NCBI GenBank assembly: GCA_002269645.1 | Contig: NIVC01000094.1 | Coordinates: forward strand, 62,001 to 126,000 | DNA: 64,000 nt | Direction: 5' to 3' | Source of the DNA: Macrostomum lignano | Taxonomy: Eukaryota | In this document: piece by piece, positions 48,385-60,833 of the stretch | Position numbering within the stretch: position 1 is the first letter of the stretch | Layout: each line of letters opens with the position of its first letter | The notes under the pieces: model-generated | The model's input: only the letters and a program-made list of their open reading frames with translations | Told to the model about the DNA's origin: nothing | Database searches by the model: none | Translations under genes and position numbers: made by a program

Positions 48385-49685
48385 CTGTCAGATATCCCTA
48401 TTCGAGATCCCATCTCCTCAATTCGAACTTTCAAATATCCCTATTCGAGATCCCATTCCCAATTCGAACTTTCAAATATCCCTATTCGAGATCCCATTCC
48501 CAATTCGAACTTTCAAATATCCCTATTCGAGATCCCATCTCCTCAATTCGAACTTTCAAATATCCCTATTCGAGATCCCATTCCCAATTCGAACTTTCAA
48601 ATATCCCTATTCGAGATCCCATCTCCTCAATTCGAACTTTCAAATATCCCTATTCGAGATCCCATTCCCAATTCGAACTTTCAAATATCCCTATTCGAGA
48701 TCCCATCTCCTCAATTCGAACTTTCAAATATCCCTATTCGAGATCCCATTCCCAATTCGAACTTTCAAATATCCCTATTCGAGATCCCATTCCCAATTCG
48801 AACTTTCAAATATCCCTATTCGAGATCCCATTCCCCATTCCAACTGTCAGATATCCCTATTCGAGATCCCATCTCCTCAATTCGAACTTTCAAATATCCC
48901 TATTCGAGATCCCATTCCCCATTCCAACTGTCAGATATCCCTATTCGAGATCCCATCTCCTCAATTCGAACTTTCAAATATCCCTATTCGAGATCCCATT
49001 CCCAATTCGAACTTTCAAATATCCCTATTCGAGATCCCATTCCCTATTCCAACTGTCAGATATCCCTATTCGAGATCCCATTCCCCATTCCAACTGTCAG
49101 ATATCCCTATTCGAGATCCCATTCCCTATTCGAACTTTCAAATATCCCTATTCGAGATCCCATTCCCTATTCCAACTGTCAGATATCCCTATTCGAGATC
49201 CCATTCCCCATTCCAACTGTCAGATATCCCTATTCGAGATCCCATTCCCCATTCCAACTGTCAGATATCCCTATTCGAGATCCCATTCCCCATTCCAACT
49301 GTCAGATATCCCTATTCGAGATCCCATTCCCCATTCCAACTGTCAGATATCCCTATTCGAGATCCCATCTCCTCAATTCGAACTTTCAAATATCCCTATT
49401 CGAGATCCCATTCCCCATTCCAACTGTCAGATATCCCTATTCGAGATCCCATCTCCTCAATTCGAACTTTCAAATATCCCTATTCGAGATCCCATTCCCC
49501 ATTCCAACTGTCAGATATCCTTATTCGAGATCCCATCTCCTCAATTCGAACTTTCAAATATCCCTATTCGAGATCCCATTCCCCATTCCAACTGTCAGAT
49601 ATCCCTATTCGATATCCCATTCCCCATTCCAACTGTCAGATATCCCTATTCGAGATCCCATTTCCCAATTCGAACTGTCAAATAA
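48385..49685. repeat. 41/42-bp minisatellite atatccctattcgagatcccattcccaattcgaactttcaa
   Basis: About 31 units with two alternating tail variants. Confidence 0.95.
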
Positions 49686-49758
49686 CCACTTATGAAAAAA
49701 TCCCCACTCAAAAGCAGAATCATCAGGTCAGTTATCCCAGTTGCAAAAGCCCGGCGGC

Positions 49759-50541
49759 TCAGAAAATCCCTGATCCCTTCTGCAGGCCGGCGCGGGCCGC
49801 CCCGCTAAACAGCAGCGGCTGGTCGATGCCGGCGGACGCCGAGCGGACCAGCGCGCCTGGCGCCAGGCCGGGCCGAGCGCGCCGGCTCAGTCGGCGCCGA
49901 CAACGGGAGGCGGCGAAGGCCAGCAGGCCGGCGGCGGCCAGCAGGGTGCAGGACAGCGCGAACAGGCGGAAAGCGCGGTCGATGGGCGCCGCCGCCGTCT
50001 GCTGGCGGTTGCGAATGGCGGACTCGAGCGACTCGGCAGACAGGCGGTCGGGCGGCAGCGGCACCCGGTCCTCGGGCAGCAGCGCCAGGCTGGCCGCGCG
50101 GAAGGCCGGCCGCTTCAAATCTTCGGCTGCCTCGGCGGCGACGCGGCGGCAAGGCGACGGCGTCGGGCAGGCCGGCAGCGGGCGGTGCCGCCGGCGGGGA
50201 CTGGCGGCGTCGATCTGGTCGGGCGCGGACGGAAGCAGCACCCGGCTGTGCAACCGCAGGCGGCTGCCCTCCATGCGCATCGGCAGCGGCGAAGACGGCA
50301 CACCGGCAGACTTCCAAGTCTGGAAGCCGTCGGCGAAGGCGGGCAGGCGGGCGGCGGTGGCGAAGTGCAGCATGGCGGCCACCAGCCAGTAGCAGTCGGC
50401 CAGCTGGTGCGCCGAGTCGGCGCAGTTCGAGTCGCCGAGTACGGCAATCCGGCCAGTGCCGGGCCGCACCGGCTGCGAGCCGGCGTGGGCGAAACCGAGC
50501 ACGGGGGCGCGGACCTCCAGGCGAGACTTGGCGCCGCCGGC
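49759..50541 (-). CDS. MBTPS1: Site-1 protease, exon 5 (last; includes transmembrane segment and basic tail)
   Basis: ggccag|AGGAKSRLEVRAPVLG...GRIAVLGDSNCADSAHQLADCYWL...FALSCTLLAAAGLLAFAASRCRRR; stop TGA 49761-49759. Confidence 0.9.
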   Translation of the reverse strand, partial: AGGAKSRLEVRAPVLGFAHAGSQPVRPGTGRIAVLGDSNCADSAHQLADCYWLVAAMLHFATAARLPAFADGFQTWKSAGVPSSPLPMRMEGSRLRLHSRVLLPSAPDQIDAASPRRRHRPLPACPTPSPCRRVAAEAAEDLKRPAFRAASLALLPEDRVPLPPDRLSAESLESAIRNRQQTAAAPIDRAFRLFALSCTLLAAAGLLAFAASRCRRRLSRRARPGLAPGALVRSASAGIDQPLLFSGAARAGLQKGSGIF

Positions 50542-50565
50542 CTGGCCAGTGCGATGGCGGGGGTC

Positions 50566-51100
50566 AAAATCTCACCCCAATGAAACTACAGGATTCAAAA
50601 TCTCACCCCAATAAAACTAAAGGATTCAAGATCTCACCCCAATGAAACTAAAGGATTCAAAATCTCACCCCAATGAAACTAAAGGATCCAAAATCTCACC
50701 CCAATGAAACTACAGGATTCAAAATCTCACCCCAATGAAACTAAAGGATTCAAAATCTCACCCCAATAAAACTACAGGATTCAAAATCTCACCCCAATGA
50801 AACTACATGATTCAGAATCTCACCCCAATGAAACTGAAGGATTCAAAATCTCACCCCAATGAAACTACAGGATTCAAAATCTCACCCCAATGAAACTGAA
50901 GGATTCAAAATCTCACCCCAATCAAACTACAGGATTCAAAATCTCACCCCAATGAAACTAAAGGATTCAAAATCTCACCCCAATGAAACTAAAGGATTCA
51001 AAATCTCACCCCAATGAAACTACAGGATTCAAAATCTCACCCCAATGAAACTACAGGATTCAAAATCTCACCCCAATCAAACTACAGGATTCAAAATCTC
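50566..51100. repeat. 31-bp minisatellite aaaatctcaccccaatgaaactacaggattc in MBTPS1 intron 4
   Basis: About 17 units. Confidence 0.95.
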
Positions 51101-51173
51101 ACTCGAAACTAAGCTAAGCAGCCCCCTCTGCTTGGGAAAAGAACCTCAGACTGCATTCCCGCCGAACCCGCAC

Positions 51174-51593
51174 CTGCATCAGCTGGTGGCCCTCGTCAGC
51201 CAGGGCGGCGGTCAGCACCCGGCCGTCTTCCGGGAACTTGGCGATGTCGCAGCCGGACGAGAACGCCACCAGCCGGTCGCCGAGCCGGAATTCACCGTCC
51301 AGAACCCGGTCGCCAAGCGCCACGCCGAACTGGCCAAGGAGGTCGTTGAGCGCCGGCACGTTGGCGCCGCCGGTGTCGGGCACCCACCACTGCCGGGTGT
51401 TCTCGTCGAAGAACCTGACCCGGCGCATCACGCTGGTGTTGTACCAGTCGGCCAGCACCAACACGGACAGGCCGGCGGCCACATCGCGGCCGAGCTTGGC
51501 CACCTCTTCGGGGAAGAATTCCTCTTCGGTGTCCACCAGGAGCAGGGCGCCGTAGTTTGACGCGTTGTAGCAGGTGAGCGGCCGGCCCGCCAC
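51174..51593 (-). CDS. MBTPS1: Site-1 protease, exon 4
   Basis: ctcccag|VAGRPLTCYNASNYGALLLVDTEEEFFPEE...DWYNTSVMRRVRFFDENTRQWWVPDTGGANVPALN...Q|gtgcgg. Confidence 0.95.
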
Positions 51594-51714
51594 CTGGGAG
51601 CGGTGGGAAAGGATCAGCAATTGATTCAGCAGTGGGATCACGATTCTGAAAGGTGAACCCTTTCCATTCAGTGCGAATGGGCACTCGTTAAGTGATAATG
51701 GGGTTTTGTTCAGT

Positions 51715-52065
51715 GGCGATGGGATCTGTCAGTGAAGATGGGATCTCAACCAGTGAAGATGGGATCTCAATCAGCGAGGATGGGATCTCAGTCAGTGAGG
51801 ATGGGATCTCAACCAGTGAGGATGGGATCTTAGCGAGGATGGCATCTCAATCAGGGAGGATGGGGTCTCAATCAGCGACGATGAATCTTAATCATTAAGG
51901 ATGGGATCTCAATCAGTGAGGGATGGGATCTCAATCAGTGAGGGATGGGATCTCAATCAGTGTGGGATAGGATATTAATCAGTGTGGGATAGGATCTCAA
52001 TCAGTGAGGATGGGATCTCAATCAGTGTGCGATGGGATCTCAATCAGTAAGGAATGAGATCTTAA
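51715..52065. repeat. ~21-bp minisatellite gatgggatctcaatcagtgag in MBTPS1 intron 3
   Basis: Degenerate tandem array. Confidence 0.85.
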
Positions 52066-52133
52066 TCAGTGAATATATGATCTCATTTAGTAAGATTGGA
52101 AGATCTGCCAGTCCCAACAGAGCTATCTCTCAC

Positions 52134-52577
52134 CTCAACAAAGTAGCCGGCGGACCTGAGCCGGCCATACAGGTCCCGAAAGTTGGTGTGCGGATGGTCG
52201 CCGTGCCAGTCGAGCGGGTCCAGCTTCACCCGCAGGTTATCCCTGGGGAAATAGCCGGACGGGTAGCGCAGGCTATGGAACTGGTCCCACAGCAGGCGGC
52301 GGCTGCGGGGCGGCCTGGGCGCGATGCGGACCCGCACAGGCAGGCTGAGCTCCGTGCTGGTCTCCTCGCCGACCCCGGCGCCTACCGTCTCCACCGTGAA
52401 GTTCAACCAGCCTTCGGCAACGCCGTCAAAGTCGGCGCCGGCCTCGGCAACGCCGAGCTGCAGGGCCAGCCAGCCGGACCACGGCCACAGCAGCTCGGAG
52501 TGGGTCGCCGACACCGTCAGCAGGCGGCCGTTCTGACCGTCGATCCACAGCGGCTCGCCTCGGATCCGGCCGGCCAC
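52134..52577 (-). CDS. MBTPS1: Site-1 protease, exon 3
   Basis: ccgcag|VAGRIRGEP...LWPWSGWLA...LLWDQFHSLRYPSGYFPRDNL...DPLDWHGDHPHTNFRDLY...GYFVE|gtgaga. Confidence 0.95.
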
Positions 52578-52697
52578 CTGCGGGGATCAGGAATGGCTGA
52601 ATGTACTTTACAGCAGCCGCAAGCTGCATAGACATGCATCTTCATACTAGCACTGGGCCCTTGGCGTTGATCACTCTCACTTTGTAATTTCCCTTGT

Positions 52698-53090
52698 GGC
52701 TTTTCCCGCTGCCTCAGTGGCTTCTCCTGCTGCCTCAGTGGCTTCTCCCACTGCTTCAGTAGCTTCTCCCGTTGCCTCAGTAGCTTCTCCCACTGCTTCA
52801 GTAGCTTCTCCCGGTCAATCAGTAGCTTCTCCCGTTGCCTCAGTAGCTTCTCCCACTGCTTCAGTAGCTTCTCCCGGTCAATCAGTAGCTTCTCCCGTTG
52901 CCTCAGTAGCTTCTCCCACTGCTTCAGTAGCTTCTCCCGGTCAATCAGTAGCTTCTCCCGTTGCCTCAGTAGCTTCTCCCACTGCTTCAGTAGCTTCTCC
53001 CGGTCAATCAGTAGCTTCTCCCGCTGCCTCAGTAGCTTCTCCCGCTGCCTCAGTAGCTTCTCCCGCTGCCTCAGTAGCTTCCCCCGCTCA
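52698..53090. repeat. 21-bp minisatellite gcttctcccgctgcctcagta in MBTPS1 intron 2
   Basis: Tandem array with 63-bp higher-order units. Confidence 0.93.
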
Positions 53091-53179
53091 GCACCTTATC
53101 TCACTACTCTCCACCTCAAATACCATACAACCCTACCTTCCCTACCACAGGCCAGTCAGAATTGACAAGCAGAACTCAC

Positions 53180-53905
53180 CGACATGCCGTTAAGTATGGT
53201 GACATTGACAACCACAGGCAGGCCAGTAAAGTACATCGGCTGGCTGCAGTACGGCCACATATAGGGACAGTCGGTGAATTCAATGTAGCTGGGGGACAGG
53301 CTGGCCTGAGGCTTGTAGGCCCGCAGCAGCTGGTAGGCTCGCAGCAGGTCCAGCTTGCCGTGGCCCTGCTCAAACATGTTAGCGTCCGGCAGCCGCCTGG
53401 CCGAAGCCAGCAGCGCCTGCTTGATGGAAGCCGGGTTGATGACCGGCCCCCGGTGCAGCACGGCGCTGTACAGCAGGGCGACGGCTCCGGCAACCACCGG
53501 GCTGGCCACGGAGGTGCCGCTGAGGGCCCGGCAGGTCTCGCGCAGTCCGGAGCCGCGCACCCCCGCGCCGTAGGTGACAATGTCCGGCTTGAGCCGGCCG
53601 TAGCCATCCGGCAGCTCCCAGGTGGTCATGCCGCGTGAGCTGAATCTGGCGACCCGATCGTCGAAGTCGATGCCGCCGACTCCGACGACGTCCATCTGGT
53701 CGGCGGGGTTGTTCAGGGTGCCGTACAGAGGGCCGTCGTTGCCGATGGCGGACACCAGCACGACGCCGTTGCTGGTCAGCTCCCACACCTTGTCAACGAA
53801 TGGCCGGTCGAGAAAGTCCGGCCCGCCGATGCTCAGGTTGATCACGTGGATTCGGCGAAGCATGGCGTAGTTGAAGGCGTCCAGGAACCAGGACGTGTAC
53901 GACAC
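53180..53905 (-). CDS. MBTPS1: Site-1 protease, exon 2 (oxyanion Asn and catalytic Ser)
   Basis: ccccag|[14 protein letters not shown]...NLSIGGPDF...[19 protein letters not shown]...[12 protein letters not shown]...LNGMS|gtgagt. Confidence 0.95.
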
Positions 53906-54330
53906 CTGGGGAGGGTGGGGTTGGCGCTGGGTGAGGAACCAGGACGTGTACAACCCCTGGGGAGGGTGGGGTTGGCGCTGGGTGAGGAACCAGGACGTGT
54001 ACGACTCCTGGGGAAGGTGGGGTTGGCGCTGGGTGAGGAACCAGGACGTGTACAACACCTGGGGAAGGTGGGGTTGGCGCTGGGTGAGGAACCAGGACGT
54101 GTACAACCCCTGGGGAGGGTGGGGTTGGCGCTGGGTGAGGAAACGGGACGTGTACGACACCTGGGGAAGGTGGGGTTGGCGCTGGGTGAGGAACCAGGAC
54201 GTGTACGACACCTGGGCAGGGTGGGGTTGGCGCTGGGTGAGGAACCAGGACGTGTACGACACCTGGGCAGGGTGGGGTTGGCGCTGGGTGAGGAACCAGG
54301 ACGTGTACGACACCTGGGGAGGGTGGGGTT
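53906..54330 (-). repeat. Eight tandem 51-bp copies of the intron 1 / exon 2 junction
   Basis: Unit ccagcgccaaccccaccctccccag|gtgtcgtacacgtcctggttcctcac encodes [17 protein letters not shown] in frame with exon 2. Confidence 0.95.
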
Positions 54331-54334
54331 GATG

Positions 54335-54690
54335 TCGAGTCGGGGAACCAGGTGGTGGACAACTGGGGAGAGTCGGGAACCAGGTGGTGGACAACTAAGG
54401 GAGAGTCGGGAACCAGGTGGTGGACAACTGGGGGAGAGTCGGGAACCAGGTAGTGGACAACTAAGGGAGAGTCGGGAACCAGGTGGTGGACAACTAAGGG
54501 AGAGTCGGGAACCAGGTGGTGGACAACTGGGGGAGAGTCGGGAACCAGGTGGTGGACAACTGGGGGAGAGTCGGGAACCAGGTAGTGGACAACTGGGGGA
54601 GAGTCGGGAACCAGGTAGTGGACAACTGGGGGAGAGTCGGGAACCAAGTGGTGGACAACTGGGGGAGAGTCGGGAACATTCAGGTGGTGG
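54335..54690 (-). repeat. About ten 33-bp units derived from the same junction
   Basis: Unit ctcccccag|ttgtccaccacctggttcccgact; LSTTWFP aligns with VSYTSWFL. Confidence 0.88.
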
Positions 54691-54760
54691 ACAACAGTCA
54701 GAAACCAGTGAGGTTCAGCAGCCTCAGGAAACCAAAAAAGGGAAACGCTTCTTAGCGCAC

Positions 54761-55537
54761 CTGCGCATTGGTGAAGACCCTGAAGATGTACAAATCGGCG
54801 TCGGGCGCGAAGCCCAGACAGTCGCGGTAGCTGGCGATGACGCCGGCCACGAATGTGCCGTGGCCGAGGCCGTCGTCCAGCGTCTTCTCGTTTGTCCAAT
54901 TGCTGCGCTCCTTGACTCGGCCGCGTTTGAAGTGCCCGTGTCCGGCCGCCAGCCCGGTGTCGAAGACGGACACCCGGACGCCGCGGCCGGAGAAGCCGAC
55001 GCTCCACAGCACGTCGGCCTGCAGCGCCGAGGTGATTTGAGTGGGTGCCGGCCGGACCCCGGCGCCGAGGCCGCCGCTGACGATCGGCGCGTGGCTGAAG
55101 CTTCGCCGACTGTGCCAGCGCGGCAGTTCGACGTCCTCGTCGGCGGGGCCGAAGCCGTGCAGAGTCCGCGTGACTCGGCGCTGCGGCGTCACGGAGCGAA
55201 CGGCGTCACTGGCCAGCAGGCGCCGGGTGGCCTCGGCGGTGAGCGCCGGCGTACAGTTGAAGGCCAGGCGGAGCAGGTCGAAGTCGCTGGGGTGCTGGGC
55301 GGCAGGATTGTCACGTCGGACGGCGCGCCAGGCGCAGGGCAGTCCGGCCAGGGCGTCGGAGAGCAGGCAGGCGCGGGCCTCGTTGCCATGGTAACCGGCG
55401 TAGCGGACTATGTACTCGCGCGGCACGGTTTCGGTGGAGAATTCGTAGCGCAGCTCAGAGTCGGTCTGGTTGCCGCCGCACGCGTAGATCCCTGTTGCCA
55501 TGGCAACGCACAGCAGGGAGCACAGCGTGAGACGCAT
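54761..55537 (-). CDS. MBTPS1: Site-1 protease (subtilisin/kexin isozyme 1), exon 1 (signal peptide, prodomain, catalytic Asp and His)
   Basis: MRLTLCSLLCVAMA signal peptide; EYIVRY, HPSDFD, VSVFDTG, NWTNEKTLDDGLGHGTFVAGVIAS, IFRVFTNAQ|gtgcgc. The five-exon model totals 3150 nt = 1049 aa. Confidence 0.95.
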
Positions 55538-56189
55538 GCCGCCCAGTCGCCGAGTCTCTAGGGGCGAGCGCGCAGGGAAACATGAAGGAAGCGCGTCATG
55601 ACTCGTGCAACAAAAAATTTCTTTAGTAGCTACCCTAGCAATAGCAACCAACGAAATTTCTAGCTCAAAAAGGTAACTATTTGTAACAGGGAGGCCTATG
55701 TCTAGTTAAAAAAACAAATAATAAGAACATCAACAGTAGGAAACGATACAGAACGCACAGAAACATTGTATATTTAATTGATGAAAAATGCTTCGATATA
55801 AACGCTGTTTTCGATGACAACCGCGGTTCCTAGGCAGGCATAGAAATCGTCCGAGCAACGGCAACACAGGTAAAGTAGGAAAGAATTGACTCTGGACAAC
55901 TCTAAAACAACGAGAAGTGACGGTACAAGTCGCCAAAGAGCTGTTTAAGAGTCAATTTGAGGCGTTTTATTGTCTGCGACTGAGTCACAAGAGTCGCCCC
56001 TTGAATCACTAATGAGTTCTTTGCAATTACTCTAGCGATTCCTGTCACGGTAACGTTTTCAATGGATTTACTAGTAAGCAACTTCTCATATAGTAGTACG
56101 AGTACATTACAGAATATTAACAAAACAGACAACAAAAACGCAAACAACTATTGTACCAAATAAAAATAATACAACCAGATACTAAAGAG

Positions 56190-57025
56190 TGCACAGCTTG
56201 CACATCCGTTACTCAACACCAGATACTAGTGTGCACAGACTGCCCATCCGTTACTCAACACCAGATACTAGTGTGCACAGACTGCACATCCGTTACTCAA
56301 CACCAGATACTAGTGTGCACAGCCTGCCCATCCGTTACTCAACACCAGATACTAGTGTGCACAGACTGCACATCCGTTACTCAACACCAGATACTAGTGT
56401 GCACAGACTGCACATCCGTTACTCAACACCAGATACTAGTGTGCACAGACTGCACATCCGTTACTCAACACCAGATACTAGTGTGCACAGACTGCACATC
56501 CGTTACTCAACACCAGATACTAGTGTGCACAGACTGCACATCCGTTACTCAACACCAGATACTAGTGTGCACAGCCTGCCCATCCGTTACTCAACACCAG
56601 ATACTAGTGTGCACAGACTGCACATCCGTTACTCAACACCAGATACTAGTGTGCACAGCCTGCCCATCCGTTACTCAACACCAGATACTAGTGTGCACAG
56701 ACTGCACATCCGTTACTCAACACCAGATACTAGTGTGCACAGACTGCACATCCGTTACTCAACACCAGATACTAGTGTGCACAGCCTGCCCATCCGTTAC
56801 TCAACACCAGATACTAGTGTGCACAGACTGCACATCCGTTACTCAACACCAGATACTAGTGTGCACAGACTGCACATCCGTTACTCAACACCAGATACTA
56901 GTGTGCACAGCCTGCCCATCCGTTACTCAACACCAGATACTAGTGTGCACAGCCTGCCCATCCGTTACTCAACACCAGATACTAGTGTGCACAGACTGCA
57001 CATCCGTTACTCAACACCAGATACT
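56190..57025. repeat. 42-bp minisatellite cacatccgttactcaacaccagatactagtgtgcacagactg
   Basis: About 20 units, two variants. Confidence 0.95.
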
Positions 57026-57649
57026 GAGATAATGAAACACGTCAAAAAATTACATTTGAAGGCTCAGTTTTGGTTTTGAAATGCATTAGCAACACAAGAT
57101 CGTCAATAAGATTTTGACAGAGATTTATGCAGTTTAAAGCCTATTATTTCTACTGTTAGTAGTGTATTGAATTTTTATTAGTTGCAATTATTTACCGTAT
57201 TTTCCCTATTTCTACTCAGCAGTAGTACAGAAAATAAATATAAATTTAAATTAATTTTCTGCTGCTTTTACTGTAAGTAGTGTCAAGAAAATGCTATGCA
57301 TTGTAAAATGTGTATTCATCTATCTTAAATGACCGAGCATACAGTTTATTTTTATACAAGCTGTTGAAACCCGCGGATTTTGAACCCGGGGAATTCCAAT
57401 CCCCGGAACTACTTTTGCATGTATTCTGAAATCTAAGGCCATACACAAACAAATTAATGTTAGTAGGATAGAGGTAGACATAAAATGGAGCACATTCGTG
57501 TAAAATTAGGGTTTGAGGCAAACATTGATATTGTTGGCTGGGGTACTCCGAAGAATGTCAGGCAATGTCTGTTTGACTCTAAAACATGTATTGGCAAACT
57601 CTGGCCTCTCCCTGACTCTCCCTACGTCCCTTAGATCCTTTAAAATTTC

Positions 57650-58279
57650 TATCGTCTCTTCTGTTTCCTCTCTTCTCTCTCGTCCCTCGTCTCTTCTCTC
57701 TCCTCTCTCTTCTCTCCTCTCTTCTCTCGTATCTTCCCTCATCTCTCTTCTCTTTCATCTCTCTTATCTCATCTCTTGTCTCTTCTCTCTACTCTTTCCT
57801 CTCTCTCTCTCCTCTCTACTTTTCGTCTTCTCTCTCCTCTCCTCTCTCCTCTCTACTCTTTCGTTTTCTCTCTCCTCTCTTCTCTCCTATCTTCTTTCGT
57901 ATCTTCCCTCATCTCTCTTCTCTTTCATATCTGTTATCTCATCTCTTCCCTCTTCTTTTCTCTCTCCTCTCCTCTCTCCTCTCTCCCCCTCTTCTCTCGT
58001 CTCTTCCTTCTCCTCTCTATTCTTTTCTCTCTTCTCTTAACTCTCTTCTCTACTCTCTCATCTCTCCTCTCTACTCTTTCCTCTCTCTCTCCTCTCTCCC
58101 CTCTTCTCTCGTCTCTTCTCTCACCTCTTTCCTCTCATCTCTTTTCTTGTTTTATCTCTTCTCTCTCCCCTCGTCACTCGTCTCTTCCCTCACCTCTCTT
58201 CTCTCTTGTCTGCATTTTTATCTCTCCTTTCTCTTCTTTTATTTTTTCTCTCTTATCTCTTCGCGTTTCTCTCTGCTCT

Positions 58280-58368
<89 letters not shown>

Positions 58369-59000
58369 TCTCCTCTCCCATCTCTCTTCTCCTCTCTACT
58401 CTCTCCCCTCTTCATTCTCCTATTTCCTCTCCTCTCTCCTCTAGTCTCTGTAATCTCTTCTCTCTTCTCTCTCCTCTGTTCTCTCTACTCTCCCATCTCT
58501 CGTCTGTTCACCCTCATCTCTGCTCTCTCATCTGTCATCTTTACTCTCTTATACGTTCTCTCACTTATCTCCTCTGTACTCTTCTCTTTCACCTCTTCTG
58601 ACTCCTCTCTTTCCTTACTCCTCTCTTCTTTTCTCTTCCCTCTTCTATACTCTCTTATCTCTATCTCTTCTCTTCTCACTCCTCTCTCCCCCTCTTATCT
58701 CCTCTCTTCTCTATCCTTTCTACTCTCTCCTCTCCTCTTGACCCTCTGTCATCTTCTTTCTGCTCTCTCATCTCTACTCTCTTCTCACTCTTCTTTACTC
58801 TCCTCTCATCGATCCTCTGTCTCATCTCTCCCCTCTTCTCACCTTTACTCTTTCCTCTCCCTCCTTTCTCCCCTCCTCTCGCTTCTTCCTCCCTTCTTCT
58901 CTGCTCTCTCCTCACCACTTGTCTCTCCTCTTATCTTCCATGTTTTCTCTTACCCCCCTCTCGCCTCTCCTCTCTTCTAATCTCTTCTTCTTCTATCTCG
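57650..59000. repeat. Pyrimidine-rich (CT) low-complexity tract, ~1.35 kb
   Basis: Almost no G and few A on the + strand; includes (CT)n at ~58280-58345. Confidence 0.95.
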
Positions 59001-59699
59001 TCTACCGGTATTCCTTCTCCTTTCCACTCTCATCTGGCCCGCACATAAGCTGGATTCTTTATCTGGCTTTTGAAGTAAAAGTCTGCCGATCCCTGCTTCG
59101 AAAGCCAGTTTGTGGGACGTACTACTCTCATCGTTATTCTCATGCTTTGATCACGTCATCTTTCTTGCCAATTTGCAGCCCTGAAAGGAATTTGTGTATC
59201 TTCAGCTCCACTGCAGTCTGCATCAGTCTAACAACCAAGGAAATACGCATTTCTTAGGCCATTTAAATTTCAAAGTACTTTTAAGAGAAACTTAAAATTT
59301 CCATGGTGTGCCTAATTTAGTAGGGTTGTATTTCATTGCATCGCATCGCCTTTTCATAAATATTTCGCTTTTACAAACCATGCTTGATTGCCTCGATTTG
59401 CCAATTGCCATCCACTGTTAAACTGCTGCAGAGTTTGCCTATACAGAGGGGAGGGCAGTGGTTAGAATTCTCACTAAACTGTTATGGCTAAACGTAGCCT
59501 CTCCACTCTCGGGGTGCGAGATTGCGAGAAGGCTATAAATAAAGTTATTCCAAAACACTGTACATTTGCTATGTACATTCAGTCCTATCGCCTGACCCTT
59601 CGACTGGCTCTGGGGGAATGAGTGAGTGAGTGGCACAAACAACAGAAAAAGCAGACAAACTTCACATGCTTACAGTTTCTTTTTCGGTTGAGTTACAGA

Positions 59700-60261
59700 G
59701 TTGAAACTTTACATTTAGATAGAGAATGAGTCAATGAAGAATTGTGTCAAGTTTAAAGTCAATCGCTTTACGTGGAGCAAACTTATGGCAGCTGAAAGTT
59801 AGTCAATTTTGAAACCCTTTTACACATCTGGGCCCAGATCGGAAAAGAGAGGCAGGCGGGCGGAGGTTGGGGTGGTTGCTACGCTGAAAAAACAGCCTAA
59901 CTTTAAAAGTGCACAGCGGCTTTCAGGATTAACTTTGAGATTTGAAATTTTACACGATTGTGTCAAAATAGTTGAAAATTGCCTGTGTCAAATTTGAAGA
60001 GAATCGGTAGAAGTGGAGCGGCGCTATGGAGGATTTAGTGAAAAAATCGCGCATTTTGAGCAGTTTTTTTTACTTTTAGGTAGGAAGACTTGAGTCTAGG
60101 AAATTAAAAGGTAGCCTAAGACATTCTCCGTAGTAAGTTTAGGGTGGGTGTAAAGTTTGGTGTCATTTGGTTGAGCGGTTTCGGAGTCCATAGCGATCAA
60201 AATTGTCCACACACAGACAGACAGACAGACAGACAGAGTTTTGATTTTTATATGTAGAGAT
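59700..60261 (+). mobile_element. Possible non-autonomous Helitron-like (Lep1/DINE-type) element
   Basis: aaatttgaagagaatcgg and aagtttggtgtcatttggttgagcggttt modules, then (GACA)n, then ttttatatgtagagat; architecture recalled from Lep1-type elements. The 5' end is undefined. Confidence 0.4.
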
Positions 60262-60833
60262 TTGTACTTCGTTGCGGTCTAACCTAACTCTGACATCTCT
60301 GCCACATGCGGCCCGCGAAGTCTCTCTATCCGGTCCTTGGTTCCTTTGAAACTACACAATAGCAACCCCGCCCGCTTCAGGTCTCTTCTCAGCTCTCTTA
60401 CCTGCTTTCTTCCCTATTCTCATTTCTTCTCTCCTTTTATCTCATATCCTGTCAGCCTTTGTTTCTCCTTTCTCTTCTTTCCTCTTCTACCTCCTTTATT
60501 CCCTTTCTTCTCTCTGGCTCTCAGTCATTAGTTAGGTCTATGAGGTTATCTGGCTCATGAGGTAAAAAGTTTTCCGACCCCCGGATCTATGGATATAGCA
60601 ATAGAACAAATCTGTTTAAAGAACATGAAGTACTTTATAACATTAATTTGCAGGCATCCCTACTAGCAGTCAGACACAAACCTGTCATTCCATCAATTGC
60701 GTTATATACAATGCTAATTTATATGGATAAGTACCATTATATATGTGACTACGTCCCTACATTACTAGTCTTTATAGTAGGCCCTTTGGCTATACACAAG
60801 ACTTGATTGCGCTACAACTATGAGGATATTTTA

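Noticed and set aside
55538-55651. N-terminal extension of the MBTPS1 ORF (MVAIARVATKEIF...)
   Set aside because: The signal peptide begins at ATG 55537, and an acceptor-like site lies at 55560-55558.
57506-58980. Leu/Ser-rich and Arg/Glu-rich ORFs
   Set aside because: These are artefacts of the CT-rich low-complexity tract.
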